From Pristiophorus japonicus (lineage: Eukaryota), in contig NW_027253544.1 in the NCBI RefSeq assembly GCF_044704955.1, positions 124,001 through 188,000 on the forward strand: DNA of 64,000 bases. Direction: 5' to 3'. The translations under genes were made by a program, and so were the position numbers. The first letter of the stretch is position 1, and the number at the start of each line of letters is the position of its first letter. Below the pieces are notes generated by a model, which did not search any database, was not told the origin of the DNA, and saw only the letters and a program-made list of their open reading frames with translations. Shown piece by piece: positions 35,771 to 47,409 of this stretch.

Positions 35771-38700
35771 ATAAACCAATAGACTAGGTACTATTACGGA
35801 AAGACAACAAATTCTAAAGTTACATGCTAATACGGTTTCTATCCACAATGGATGCATGGTTATAACATCTACGTTCAGAGAAAATATTTGGACTTGCTAA
35901 AGGCTTTTGACAAGGTCCCACACAAGAGATTGGTGTACAAAATTAAAGCACGTGGTATTGGGGGTAATGTATTGACGTGGATAGAGAACTGGTTGGCAGA
36001 CAGGAAGCAGAGAGTCGGGATAAACGGGTCCTTTTTAGAATGGCAGGCAGTGACCAGTGGGGTGAAAGGTCAAAATTTTTCCATAATTGTCCGAAATCAT
36101 GGGCCACCCCAAAGGCATACCTGGAGTCGGTATAGATATTGACTTTGAGGTCTTTGGCCAAGATACAGGCTCGGGTGAGGGCGAATAGCTCAGCTTGTTG
36201 GGCAGAATTGGCGGTTTCAAAGGCGGCAGATTCCAAGACCTGATTCTCCTGGTTTACTATGGCGTATCCTGAGATTCGTGTACCTTCTGGATTAATAGAA
36301 GAACTTCCGTCAACATTCATAATACAGTCTGGATCTTCCATTGGTACATCAACTAAATCTTCCCTGACTGATGTGGCCTCTTGAATTGAAGATAAACAGT
36401 CATGACTGGGTTCTTCCTCATCTTGGGGCGGCTCAGTAAGAAAACAGGCCGGATTAATTGCAGTACAGTGCCGAAAGGTCAGCTTAGGATTGTTTAGTAG
36501 GTAGATCTCATATCTGCTTTGCCTGGCCATGGTAAGGTGTTGAGTCTGCAGCTGGCCCAGGAGGGCAGCTACGGAGTGAGAGGTGTTAAGACAACGGTAG
36601 CACAGTCTTTCAGGCTTGTACAATACAGTTGAAAGGTCATAGAGGGGCCAGACCAAAGCCGGAGCTTGCAGCAGGGCTGTCTTTAGTTCCTTAAAGGCTT
36701 GGACGTCTGCGGTTTCTATTTCAAAGCTGCCTTCCTTATTTGTATACGGGGTGAGGTGCTTAGTCATCAGGGCAACATTAGGGATCCAGGATCTGCAGTA
36801 ATTGATCATCCCCAACCACTGGCGCATTTGTTTAGCCGTGCTAGGGACTGGAAACTGGCAAATTGGTTCGACTCGGCTAGCCTCCAGAGCTCGGTGGATA
36901 CTCGGTATTGCCTGTGATTTCAGTGGGTACTGTCGGATAGAGGGCCAGTCCACATTGCCCTGCACTCGGATCTCAATCGGATCAATGGGAGTATAACCCA
37001 CTTGGGAGGGGTCCTCTGCCCACACATGAGAATCCACAGTCAGGTATGTCAGAACCAGTATGATGCTGCAGAGTCGTTAAGACCTTCTCGGGGTCCCCGT
37101 GGAATTGGCCTGTTCGGCCATGTTTTACAATTTGCACATCCCGGCTGGTAGGGTCAGCCTCGTCTATAGCCTGGCGCACCATAACTCCCAAATCTTTAGC
37201 GTGGTGGGGAGGTAATACTTCACGAGTAATATGTGGTGCCACCGTTGGGGGCTGTCCATTTCCACAAAATCTGCCTTCCCTTCCGGTCCAGTCACTCTAG
37301 CCCTTAATAGAATTTCCTTCACTTCCTCTTCGTGATCCTGATAAAAGTTCTGCAGGTCCTGATTCTTTCCACTGGGATCGTATGCTAGGGTCACGTGATA
37401 GGGTGCCTGCGGCAGGTCCAGAGACCACCACTGAGGGGTTCTAGTGGTATAATACTGCCGCTTAAGGGTTCCTTGTTTTACAATAATCCCATCATCTCCA
37501 CACTCCAAATGCAACTGGAATTTGCAGAGGAGGTCTCTAGCCATCAAGTTACAGTCCAGACTGGTTGTGATAACAAATCGATGTTCCACCGATTCTTCCT
37601 GGTAACCCATTTTAACCGGTTCTGACATCGGGAATGTAGAGACTTGTCCCAGGAATCCTGACAGTCCCTGTGTTTCAGTGAAGGCGGGGAGTTTCAGCTT
37701 TGATTGTACAGAAGAAATGAAGGCTCCCGTATCTATCAAGAAGGGTTGCCACTCATTCCGAATTTTTAACAATATCATCGGTTCGTCATCCGGGGAGGGT
37801 CCCTGCACAACCAAGCTACGTAGTCAATACGAATAATCGGGGGACGGTTGGCCAAAGGGGTTGTTCTGGGAGAAGTTAGTGTAAGATCCCCGTCCTCTTC
37901 CCCCCTTGCCCCACTCCTCTTCCTCCTCTTCCTTTTTCGTGCTGACGGGAGGGACAATTTCTATTTCAATGTCCTTCTTGCCCACAAATAAAGCATCCAT
38001 CTCGTCTTTCCCAGCCCCGACCTCTTCCCATACCAGGCCGGGGACAGTAGGGCGGTCCGTAATTAGCAGGGCCCGGGCCATTTGGGTGTTTGATATAACC
38101 GTATCCCTGTTTATCCACCAACCCTGCACGCAACACTGCGGTTCCATCTGGTATCCCCTTGGGTCGGGTTTTGGTCCTTCCACCCGAGGCGGCTCTTCCT
38201 TTCTAGTCACGTATTCAGTCTTGACCCGGGTTGGGGGCGCACCTCCCCCCTCTCCTTTCTTTTCCTGCCAATAATATTTAACCGCCCTTTCCATCTGGTC
38301 TTTACTGTTATCTGCCCAATTCATATTATTTGTCCGGATAGCGTGAGCAACCGAATAGGGCAGGCACTGAAGTAGGATAGCGCAGAATTGAGGAGAATCC
38401 TCTCCTGCCCTGAAGGCATTATCTCCTGATTGACTTCCGTATATTTCAATAAATCTTTCCATGAATTCATCGGCAGTTTCTTCTCGTTTGGGTTTAGTTT
38501 CTAATACTGCGGCCATACTGATGGGCTTCTGAAGGGTCGTGGTGAGAGCATTAGTGTTTAGGCGATCCTGGACATCGTTAGGGTGAGCAACCAACAATGC
38601 ATCATGAGTAGCACGTCCTAGGTGAGTTAGAAATCGGGCTTGCTCAGTTGGGCTCAGGGTTTGCTTTACCAGGGCCCACAGGTCCCTTGATTCTGCATTA

Positions 38701-40582
38701 TATCCATGCATGTCAGGTCACTCCGTGAAATCGGAGGTCAGGGTTAAGTTGGGTTTGTGGATCCCTTTCAGCTTATTTATCTTAGCCTTTTAACTCTTCA
38801 ATTTGTTTTGTTTGAGTATCTATTTCTTTATTGTATCAGGCAAGTATTATTACATAAGCTAGTTCTGTTTTTATTTTTATTCTGACTATCGCACCATTCC
38901 TCTGTTAGGTGAGTCTTTTTTCTATTAAGAAATCCAAATTGATAATGTTCAGTATGAAACGGCTGTCAATGGAAAGGATTAACTCCTTTACAGGTTTGTA
39001 AGAAGACCTGATGTCATTACGTGACTTCACGTAACCATCTGAAAAAAAAATCTTTTCATCAGGAAAGGCAGCATTTGATTAAACTCCAATATTTTTTTAC
39101 TTCTTATTCAAGTACTCACCAAAGATATTTTTTTAATTGATTTAAAACGAGACCACACATTTTTAATAACTATTTGTTTACTGAAATTCAATTTCGTCAT
39201 CAGCCTCAGTGAATGCAAAGCCAACCATTTTAACTACGTAGTCTATCGATACCTTTCTCAGAGGTCCCAGTGGAACATTTTTTTTTTCAGCACCTATTTA
39301 GTACGTTACATCTTTTTTTTCATCTTTTCCATAACTAGAGGGAAGTCTGGCACGTAGGCTGTGGACTGCTTTTCGTTATCTCAATTGTTCCAGCCTCAAG
39401 GTCGTGTTATACTATTTCTTCTAAACTGCAGATTTAATATAATATATTTTTTTTAATCCTTTTGAATCCATCTCAGTTGTTTTGCTGTGCCTTCTCTGAA
39501 TATCTCAAAATCCCGATTCAAACTTTGTAATGTAATCAATCATTGCATGTTTTCTTTCGACAAGTAAGTGAGCATGTCAAATCCTTTTTTAACCACCGGG
39601 ACCATGTTTTTTTTCTTTTTTTACTCAACAAACCTATCCTTTGTGCATTTCCTGGCTTCGTAACTTATCATCCGAATATACGTAATTCAATAAGGCTCAC
39701 ACTCTTAAACTTCCCACATACAGGACAACACTACGAAGGGTTAAAAAAACTTTCATTCTGTTTGAAAAAGTGGGTGGAGCTAAAACAAACCACAACTCCC
39801 CGGCTTTCTTTTCCACAGTAAAAATCACATAAGCATTTCTCATTTAAAACAGACGTTCACAAGAGTCTCTCTTCTTTCCTAATAACTGTTTTGGCCGGCT
39901 CTATTTTTGGATCCATGACCTTTCAGGGAATTCGTAGTTTTATCTAAATTACCCATCCTGTGTCGCCGCACGTTGGATCAGGGTTCTAATTAGTCCTGAT
40001 TGTCTCCACGTCGCCCCGTGGTGGTTTCAGTTATCTTACCCAGAGTCTAGGCGGACCAAGTGATGTACAAGATCGACGCCGTACCTGGCGTAAGTACAAT
40101 TTAAAATTTACACAGTCCCGCGTAGTCCCGCGGCTTAATTTTACGTAATTCCCTAACCTCCGCGTTTCCCTACGCGGTTCGTGCGATTCTCTCTCTCTCT
40201 CCGCGTTGCCGCGCGGTTTTACTTGGGCCTCGAACCCACACAGACACTGGGCCTCGAACCCAGGCAGGCTCTGGGCCTTGAACCCAGGCAGACTTACCTC
40301 TTCTAACCTATCTTTCCGAGTCGCCGCTTGGTTTGCGTCACCGCGCAATTTCCCTATCTCTATCCCTATTCTAAGTTTGAAAGGTATTCACCAGATTGTC
40401 CTGGATCTCGTTCAGACACTACCTGAGAACCAGCGAGTGGCTAAACTTTCCTCAGACTTTTGAAACCGGGGGAAACTGGAGCAGTATTGAAAGTATACTT
40501 ATTCCAGTGGCCACTTTCCCCTCGTCTAGTCCAAGGCTAGTCTGGCTCTTAATTCGCAAGTTTTCGGCAGTCGTCCATTGAG

Positions 40583-40600
40583 ATCCCACTTCTGACACCA
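40583..40600 (-). promoter_or_regulatory. Retroviral primer-binding site, tRNA-Leu
   Basis: TGGTGTCAGAAGTGGGAT, complementary to the tRNA-Leu(CAA) 3' end, 2 nt after the LTR CA. Confidence 0.85.
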
Positions 40601-40602
40601 AA

Positions 40603-41118
40603 TGTTGATTTTTGGATTCTTTTCCCTCAATCTGGTTCAGTGAAATCACTGAGTCGAATACCGATTGTGCTTTAAACAAGGCAAGCTTTTATTTAAAAAG
40701 CAAATCCCGATTGGGGACCTTATCAGACAGAAGGAATGCAACTCTGATAGAACGCACTCACTTCCTATGGACAAAGTGACGTTACATTGTAAAGGGACGA
40801 CGGTTATACATTTTCGGTAAAAGATAACAAGATAGGGCTAGAGTGACATCCTAGTTCAGCCTATCCCTTTTGATCCCTCTTTCCCTTTGTCCACTCATAA
40901 GCCGACCTAAGTATGGTCTGATTTTAAACAAAGGCCTTCTGTAAATGTTTCAGGTTAATAACATGATTTAATAAAACCTTGAGGTTTTTCTGCAAGCTGT
41001 GGGTTTTGTTTCAATATGTGTTAGTGTTGTAACATTTCGCAGTCTCGAGTCTAAGATGTCATGGCTATTCCTCCATGAATTCTTTGTTCGCTCATACTGT
41101 CCATATATAATTCCCACA
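40603..41118 (-). repeat. ERV 5' LTR (~516 bp)
   Basis: TGTGGGA...AACA termini, AATAAA near 40690, adjacent PBS. Confidence 0.7.
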
Positions 41119-41479
41119 TTCTCAACTTCTCGACTTAAATGTCTGTATACATTTAATATCCATGTTCAGTATACATTCTCACCACCACTCTGCTCATGTT
41201 GATTTGTGCAGTGAGAATCACCGAGGTGCTGGTATCTGCACTGGTGCCTGCAATGCATGTATCCTGTGATGGTACATCCTCCGCAGGTATAAAGTCCTCG
41301 AGGAATCTTCATCCTCCCTGGGCAGTGGCTCGGGTTCTTCATGTGATGGCACTGGGGCGAGAAGGAAGAGATAATATTTGGAGATGGTACTTTGTAATTG
41401 TTGATATGCCCATGAAGCACTTGATCAGGTGATGATGTTGTGAAGCCCACTGTGGGTGATGTTGCTTTGTGGGAGGTGC

Positions 41480-42215
41480 AGGTATGAAAGATTAAAGCAG
41501 TCGCCCTGCTCCACCAACCTCTCCATCTCCAATGCTCAAAGTGCTTGAGATGCCATGGATCACCAGCGCCTCCTCTTAACAATTTCCTGCAGCCCTCCTC
41601 TGGTCCTGGCCCTTTCCCTGGCATTCTGCGCTCTCTTCATCCTGCAGCCCTGTGAGTGGCATCCGATGGATGCACTGCATATGGTGAAGGTGAGAATCAG
41701 GCAGATGCATAAGGAGTGGGAATGGCATGCCTTTGAGGAACATGGTCACGGTGCCACCTCAGGATGTGTAATGAGAGTGGGTGGAGGTGATTTAGGTCAG
41801 ATGAGATGAGAATTGCGGTTACTGACAGTGGTGGAGTGAGGAAGAGGGTGATGAACTTGTGAAGGGAGTGAGGATGAGAGGAGGTGTGCGAGGGTGCATT
41901 GGAGGATTCGGCTGCAGATAGCCATCGACTGACCTTCCCTGACCTAGTCAAGTCATTGAACCATTAACAGCACTGAATCCACAACCTCCTGGTCACACTC
42001 CTGCTGCTGACTTCTGCCGCCTCTACTCACACCTTGAGCTGTGACAGCAGCTTTCCTTTTCCTGCCGGTGGGAACTAGCCCGTCCCTCCTGGCTCTGACA
42101 GCGCCCAGCAGAACATCAGGGGAAGCTTCTGTGAAATGGGGGCATAGCGGCAACCTTCCCACTTTCCGCAGCCTCTCACAGTTCCTCTTCTTCAGTCCTC
42201 TGTGTAGAAAGCGCG
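41480..42215 (-). mobile_element. Second Harbinger-associated Myb/SANT-like gene remnant
   Basis: PHFTEASPDVLLGAVRARRDGLVP, then exon KRAQNARERARTRGG. Confidence 0.65.
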
Positions 42216-42429
42216 AACCTCTTCCTCCATTTCCGTGCTGAGCTGAACCTTGGAATTGGCGCCGGGAAATTGCATCACGCGGGTCTGCGTCACTTCCACC
42301 GATGCACAGAGAAGATGATGAACCCGGGAGCTATATTCAAATGAGGCCCGGCAGTTAAAATCAGCCAGATTTCCTGGTCTGGCGATGCTCCGGGACCGTC
42401 GCCCGTTATATCCCAGATACAAGCGTACT

Positions 42430-44630
42430 ATGCTTCAACAAAGGGGACTACAGTGGGATGGGGGCAGAGTTGGCTAAGTAGACTGGAAACACAGACTAAA
42501 CGGTGGCACAATTGAGGAACAGTGGAGGACTTTTAAGGAGCTCTTTCATAGTGCGCAACAAAAATATATTCCAGTGAAAAAGAAGGGCGGTAAGAGAAGG
42601 GATAACAAGCCATGGATAACCGAAGAAATAAAGGAGAGTATCAAATCAAAGACCAATGCGTATAAGGTGGCCAAGGTTAGTTGGAAACTAGAAGATTGGG
42701 AAAATTTTTAACAACAGCAAAGCATGACTAAAAAACAATAAAGAAAGGAAAGATAAATTACGAAGGTAAACTTGTGCAAAACATAAAAACAGACAGTAAA
42801 AGCTTTTACAGATAAATAAAACGGAAAAGAGTGACTAAAGTAAATGTTGGTCCCTTAGAAGATGAGAAGGGGGATTTAATAATGGGAAATGTGGAAATGG
42901 CTGAGACCTTAAACAATTATTTTGCTTCGGTCTTCACAGTGGAAGACACAAAAACAATGCCAAATATTGCTGGTCACAGGAATGTGGGAAGGGAGGACCT
43001 TGAGACAATCATGATCACTAGGGGGGTAGTGCTGGACAGGCTAATGGGACTCAAGGTAGACAAGTCCCCTGGTCCTGATGAAATGCATCCCAGGGTATTA
43101 AAAGAGATGGCGGAATTATAGCAGATATATTCGTTATAATCTACCAAAATTCTCTGGACTCTGGGGAGGTACCAGCGAATTGGAAAGCAGCTAATGTAAC
43201 GCCTCTGTTTAAAAAAGGGGGCAGACAAAAGGCAGGTAACTATAGGCCGGTTAGTTTAACATCTATAGTGGGGAAAATGCTTGAAACTATCATTAAGGAA
43301 GAAATAGCGGGACATCTAGATAGGAATAGTGCAATCAAGCAGACACAACATGGATTCATGAAGGGGAAATCATGTTTAACTAATTTACTGGAATTCTTTG
43401 AGGATATAACGAGCATGTTGGATAGAGGTGTACCGATGGATGTGGTGTATTTAGATTTCCAAAAGGCATTCGATAAGGTGCCACACAAAAGGTTACTGCA
43501 GAAGATAGAGGAACGCGGAGTCAGAGGAAATGTATTCGCATGGATATAGAATTGGCTGGCTAACACAAAGCAGAGAGTCGGGATAAATGGGTCCTTTTGG
43601 GGTTGGAAATCGGTGGTTAGTGGTGTGCCACAGGGATCGGTGCTGGGACCACAACTGTTTACAATATACATAGATGACCTGGAAGAGGGGACAGAGTGTA
43701 GTGTAACAAAATTTGCAGATGACACAAAGATTAGTGGGAAAGTGGGTGGAGGACACAGAGAGGCTGCAAAGAGATTTGGATAGGTTAAGCGAATGGGCTA
43801 AGGTTTGGCAGATGGAATACAATGTCGGAAAGTGTGAGGTCATCCACCTTGGGAAAAAAAAACAGTAAAAGGGAATATTATTTGAATGGGGAGAAATTAC
43901 AACATGCTGAGGTGCAGAGGGACCTGGGGGTCCTTGTGCATGAATCCCAAAAAGTTAGTTTGTAGGTGCAGCAGGTAATCAGGAAGGTGAATGGAATGTT
44001 GGCCTTCATTGCGAGAGGGATGGAGTACAAAATCAGGGAGGTCCTGCTGCAACTGTATAGGGTATTGGTAAGGCCACACCTGGAGTACTGCGTGCAGTTT
44101 TGGGCACTGGCTTTGGAGGGGGTACAGAGATGATTCACTTGGCTGATTCCGGAGATGAGGGAGTTACCTTATGATGATAGATTGAGTAGACTGGATCTTT
44201 ACTCCTTGGAGTTCAGAAGGATGATGGGTGATCTTATCGAAACATTTAAAATAATGAAAGGGATAGACAAGATAGAGGCAGAGAGGTTGTTTCCACTGGT
44301 CGGGGAGACTAGAACTAGGGGGCACAGCCTCAAAATACGGGGGAGCCAATTTAAAACCGAGTTGAGAAGGAATTTCTTCTCCCAGAGGGTTGTGAATCTG
44401 TGGAATTCTCTGCCCAAGGAAGCAGTTGAGGCTAGCTCACTGAATGTATTCAAGTCACAGATAGATAGATTTTTAACCAATAAGGGAATTAAGGGTTACG
44501 GGGAGCGGGCGGGTAAGTGGAGCTGAGTCCACGGCCAGATCAGCCATGATCTTATTGAATGGCGGAGCAGGCTCGAGGGGCTAGATGGCCTACTGCTATT
44601 CTTAATTCTTATGTTCTTATGTTCTTATGT
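42430..44630 (+). mobile_element. CR1 LINE (5'-truncated)
   Basis: KSPGPDEMHPRVLKE; QHGFMKGKSCLTNLLEF; 3' tail. Confidence 0.92.
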
Positions 44631-44742
44631 TCCCGCCCCACGCGCTCTGTTCCCGTCTCTGCGTTAATATCGGGGTCGGTGATTCAGGACATGACACAAT
44701 CTGAAGCAATCAAATCACACCTCTTTTTAAAAATCCTTTCAG

Positions 44743-44808
44743 ATACAACCAATCAGAACTTCATAACTACAGCACACAGGACACGAGATCCAGCAACAGA
44801 AAAGAACG
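44743..44808 (+). CDS. Putative 66-nt Thr-rich exon upstream of V1, (D)TTNQNFITTAHRTRDPATEKN(G)
   Basis: Acceptor tcctttcag, donor G|GTAGGT, phase 1-1, in frame with V1. Confidence 0.5.
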
Positions 44809-45164
44809 GTAGGTGAACCAATCAAACCACTCAAAATACTTTTGTAAAACATGTTCCCCTGAGCCCTCTGGTTACACACAGGTAAACAACACAAGTTAAA
44901 ACGTAACTGATAGAAAAATGCAGGAATATTTTAACCTCCCAATAAAATGGCCCACCCCCTGACTAAACTGCTCTGTGATGATTTTCTGCCTGGGGCTTTG
45001 TGGTCGGCCTCTAACTGGAGGAAGCTGCACTGCTCCTGGCCGAGCTCGCCCTGTCGCTCACGTGGAGCCCTGTTGATACCCACCCAACACCAGCACACCT
45101 TTTGCCCTTCAGGCCTGCCTCCAACCCAATGTTCCACCCCCTCGACCCCTCCCTGCTGTGTGTC

Positions 45165-45740
45165 AGCCATGGCTCAGGTCAAGTCCCTCTCCAGAGACTT
45201 GAGCACAAGAAGCTAGGCTGACACTGTTGGCCAGTACAGTGTGATGTTAAAGAGCTAAGCTCAGGATATGTTTAAAACAACTAGCTGAAATTCAGGGTCC
45301 GTATAAGGCCGGTTACCGCCGTTTTGCGACGGCCACGTGGTGAAATCGAGTGGCCGCCATGTTGCAGTCCATTGGCCACCCCGACCCAAATTCAGCCACA
45401 AGCGCGTCATCAAAGCACGCACCGCAGCTATCCCGCACCTCCATTGCAATCTGCCCCAAAGTTACTTTAAAAAATCCACGAGCCGCTGCATGGTGCCCCC
45501 GACAGCTTTTTCTGTTGGTGCACCTTGTTCTGCCTGTGTGCAGCACGACAGCGTGGCGGCCCTTCAAGGGGAGGGCCCACTGCCGCGGCCACCATGTTTT
45601 TATTTTTGCCGTCCGACTTCCCGATCGGCCGGCCAATTATTGCCCCGGGTTCAGCCGGGCCGGCAACAGGGTCAGTGGCCTGGCCCCTCCCTGGTGGCCC
45701 AGTGGACCGATGTTTCTGAATGCTGAATGCTCTCACCTTA
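45165..45740. mobile_element. SINE fragment and GC-rich MITE-like repeat
   Basis: B-box-like ggtcaagtccc followed by gagacttgagcaca; gctgaaattc terminus. Confidence 0.35.
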
Positions 45741-45859
45741 AGTGAAGGGTAGAGCGGGGTTACACACACGCGTCGTGACCTCATCGCCACTTCCATTTCA
45801 AGTTATTACTTTTTGTTGTTCCTCATCTGTTCTGATCATCAGTTATTTACTATTCACAG

Positions 45860-46208
45860 GTCTAAAGGCAAGTCCGGTTCTTATCCAGTTCCCAGAAGTT
45901 GTGACGGTGCCCGAGGGTGGGATGGTGAAGTTTCGGTGTACCCTGGAGAGCAGCAATGTGAATGTGGATAAATATTCTGTACACTGGTACCTCTCACAGG
46001 ATAGGAAACACAAAATATTTACTCATTGTGCAGATGGCAGGGTTGACCAATCACACGGTTTCTCTGAGCGGTTCCAGCTCTCCAGAGATGATGCCAGTAA
46101 CAGCTACATTCTGACCATCAGAGGCGTGGAGCGCAGAGACAGCGCTGTCTATATCTGTGGTATTTTGGGGAACAATCTATGGAAATGGAACCCGGCTGAA
46201 AGTAACCA
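45860..46208 (+). pseudogene. Germline-joined VJ-type Ig V exon (V1) with a +1 frameshift just before the J-like segment
   Basis: tattcacag|GT acceptor; FRC, HWY, YILTIRGV, DSAVYIC; removing one T at 46163-46166 gives CGIWGTIYGNGTRLKVT|gtaagt; 349 nt = 116 codons + 1. Confidence 0.9.
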
Positions 46209-46619
46209 GTAAGTACCTTCTATGTTATATTGGTTTTATACCTAATAATGTTATGTACAAGCATCTTGTTTAAATGTTATACAAGCTGTTCCTTTTACAG
46301 TAACACTGAGTTTTAACTACAGAATGGAGGGTGAAATCTGGGCCAAACTCAATTTGTTTTTAACAGAACAAATAATTGTGAGCACATGGTGGGACAAAAT
46401 CTCACACACAGGATTCAACGGTAAAATACATGTTGAGGGAAAAGTGCAGTAATAGGAATAATTTAGAGAGCTCTAAACCATGAAATCGACCCTGATATTA
46501 ACCCCCTGCCACCCTCTGCCCCCCCCCCACGCTGTGCGGGAGAGCATCGGAGGGGTGGGTGTTAGTGTTAATTATGGGAAAATTGTCCCCAACATGCCCA
46601 AGTCCTCCAGATAGCGCAC

Positions 46620-47390
46620 GCTCTCCTTTCCCTTCCGCCTCCCCCAATCATGCCCTCTCTCTCCCTCCCCTCCCGCACATCGTGGTCTCTCTCTCTCTCT
46701 CTCCCCCCTCCCCCTTGCCCAATCATGACCTCTTTCTCTCCCTGCCCGATCGTAGCCTCTCTCTCTCCCCCACCCGATCGTGGCCTCTCTCTCTCCATGC
46801 CCGATCGTAGCCTCTCTCTCTCCCCTGCCCGATCGTGGCCTCTCTCTCTCCCCTGCCCAATCGTGGCCTCTCTCTCTCTCCCCCTCGCCCGATCATGGCC
46901 TCTCTCTCTCTCTCCCCACCCAATCGAGCCCTCTCTCTCTCCCCACCTGTTCATGGTCTCTATCTCTCTCCCGCCCAATCATGGCCTTTCTCTCTCTCCC
47001 CCCCACCCGATCGTGGTCTCTCTCTCTCTTCCACCCAATCATGGCCTCTCTCTCTCCCTGCCCGATCGTGGCCTCTCTCTCTCCCCTGTCCAATCGTGGC
47101 CTCTCTCTCTCTCCCCCTCGCCCGATCATGGCCTCTCTCTCTCTCTCCCCACCCAATCGAGCCCTCTCTCTCTCCCCACCTGTTCATGGTCTCTATCTCT
47201 CTCCCGCCCAATCATGGCCTTTCTCTCTCTCCCCCCCACCCGATCGTGGTCTCTCTCTCTCTTCCACCCAATCATGGCCTCTCTCTCTCCCTGCCCGATC
47301 GTGGCCTTTCTCTCTCACCTGCCCAATCGTGGCCTCTCTCTTTCTCCCCGCATGTTCACAGTTTCTCTCTCTCTCTCTCTATCCCCCTGC
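46620..47390. repeat. CT-rich minisatellite (~22-24-bp CCGATCGTGGCC(TC)n units) with a ~240-bp internal duplication
   Basis: Direct inspection; 46826-47065 recurs at 47066-47305. Confidence 0.85.
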
Positions 47391-47409
47391 CCATTATACT
47401 GTTGTTTAA

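Larger units (their letters stand above)
36075..41118 (-). mobile_element. Class I (epsilon-like) endogenous retrovirus: 5'LTR-PBS-gag-pro-partial pol, internally deleted and 3'-truncated
   Basis: Gag capsid-like ORF; CCHC knuckle CFICGQEGH*NRNC; protease FLIDTGA; RT remnants IRQYPL and WLGMINYCRSWIP; RNase H VDGSS/SAQQAEL/YTDSRYAF. Confidence 0.9.
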
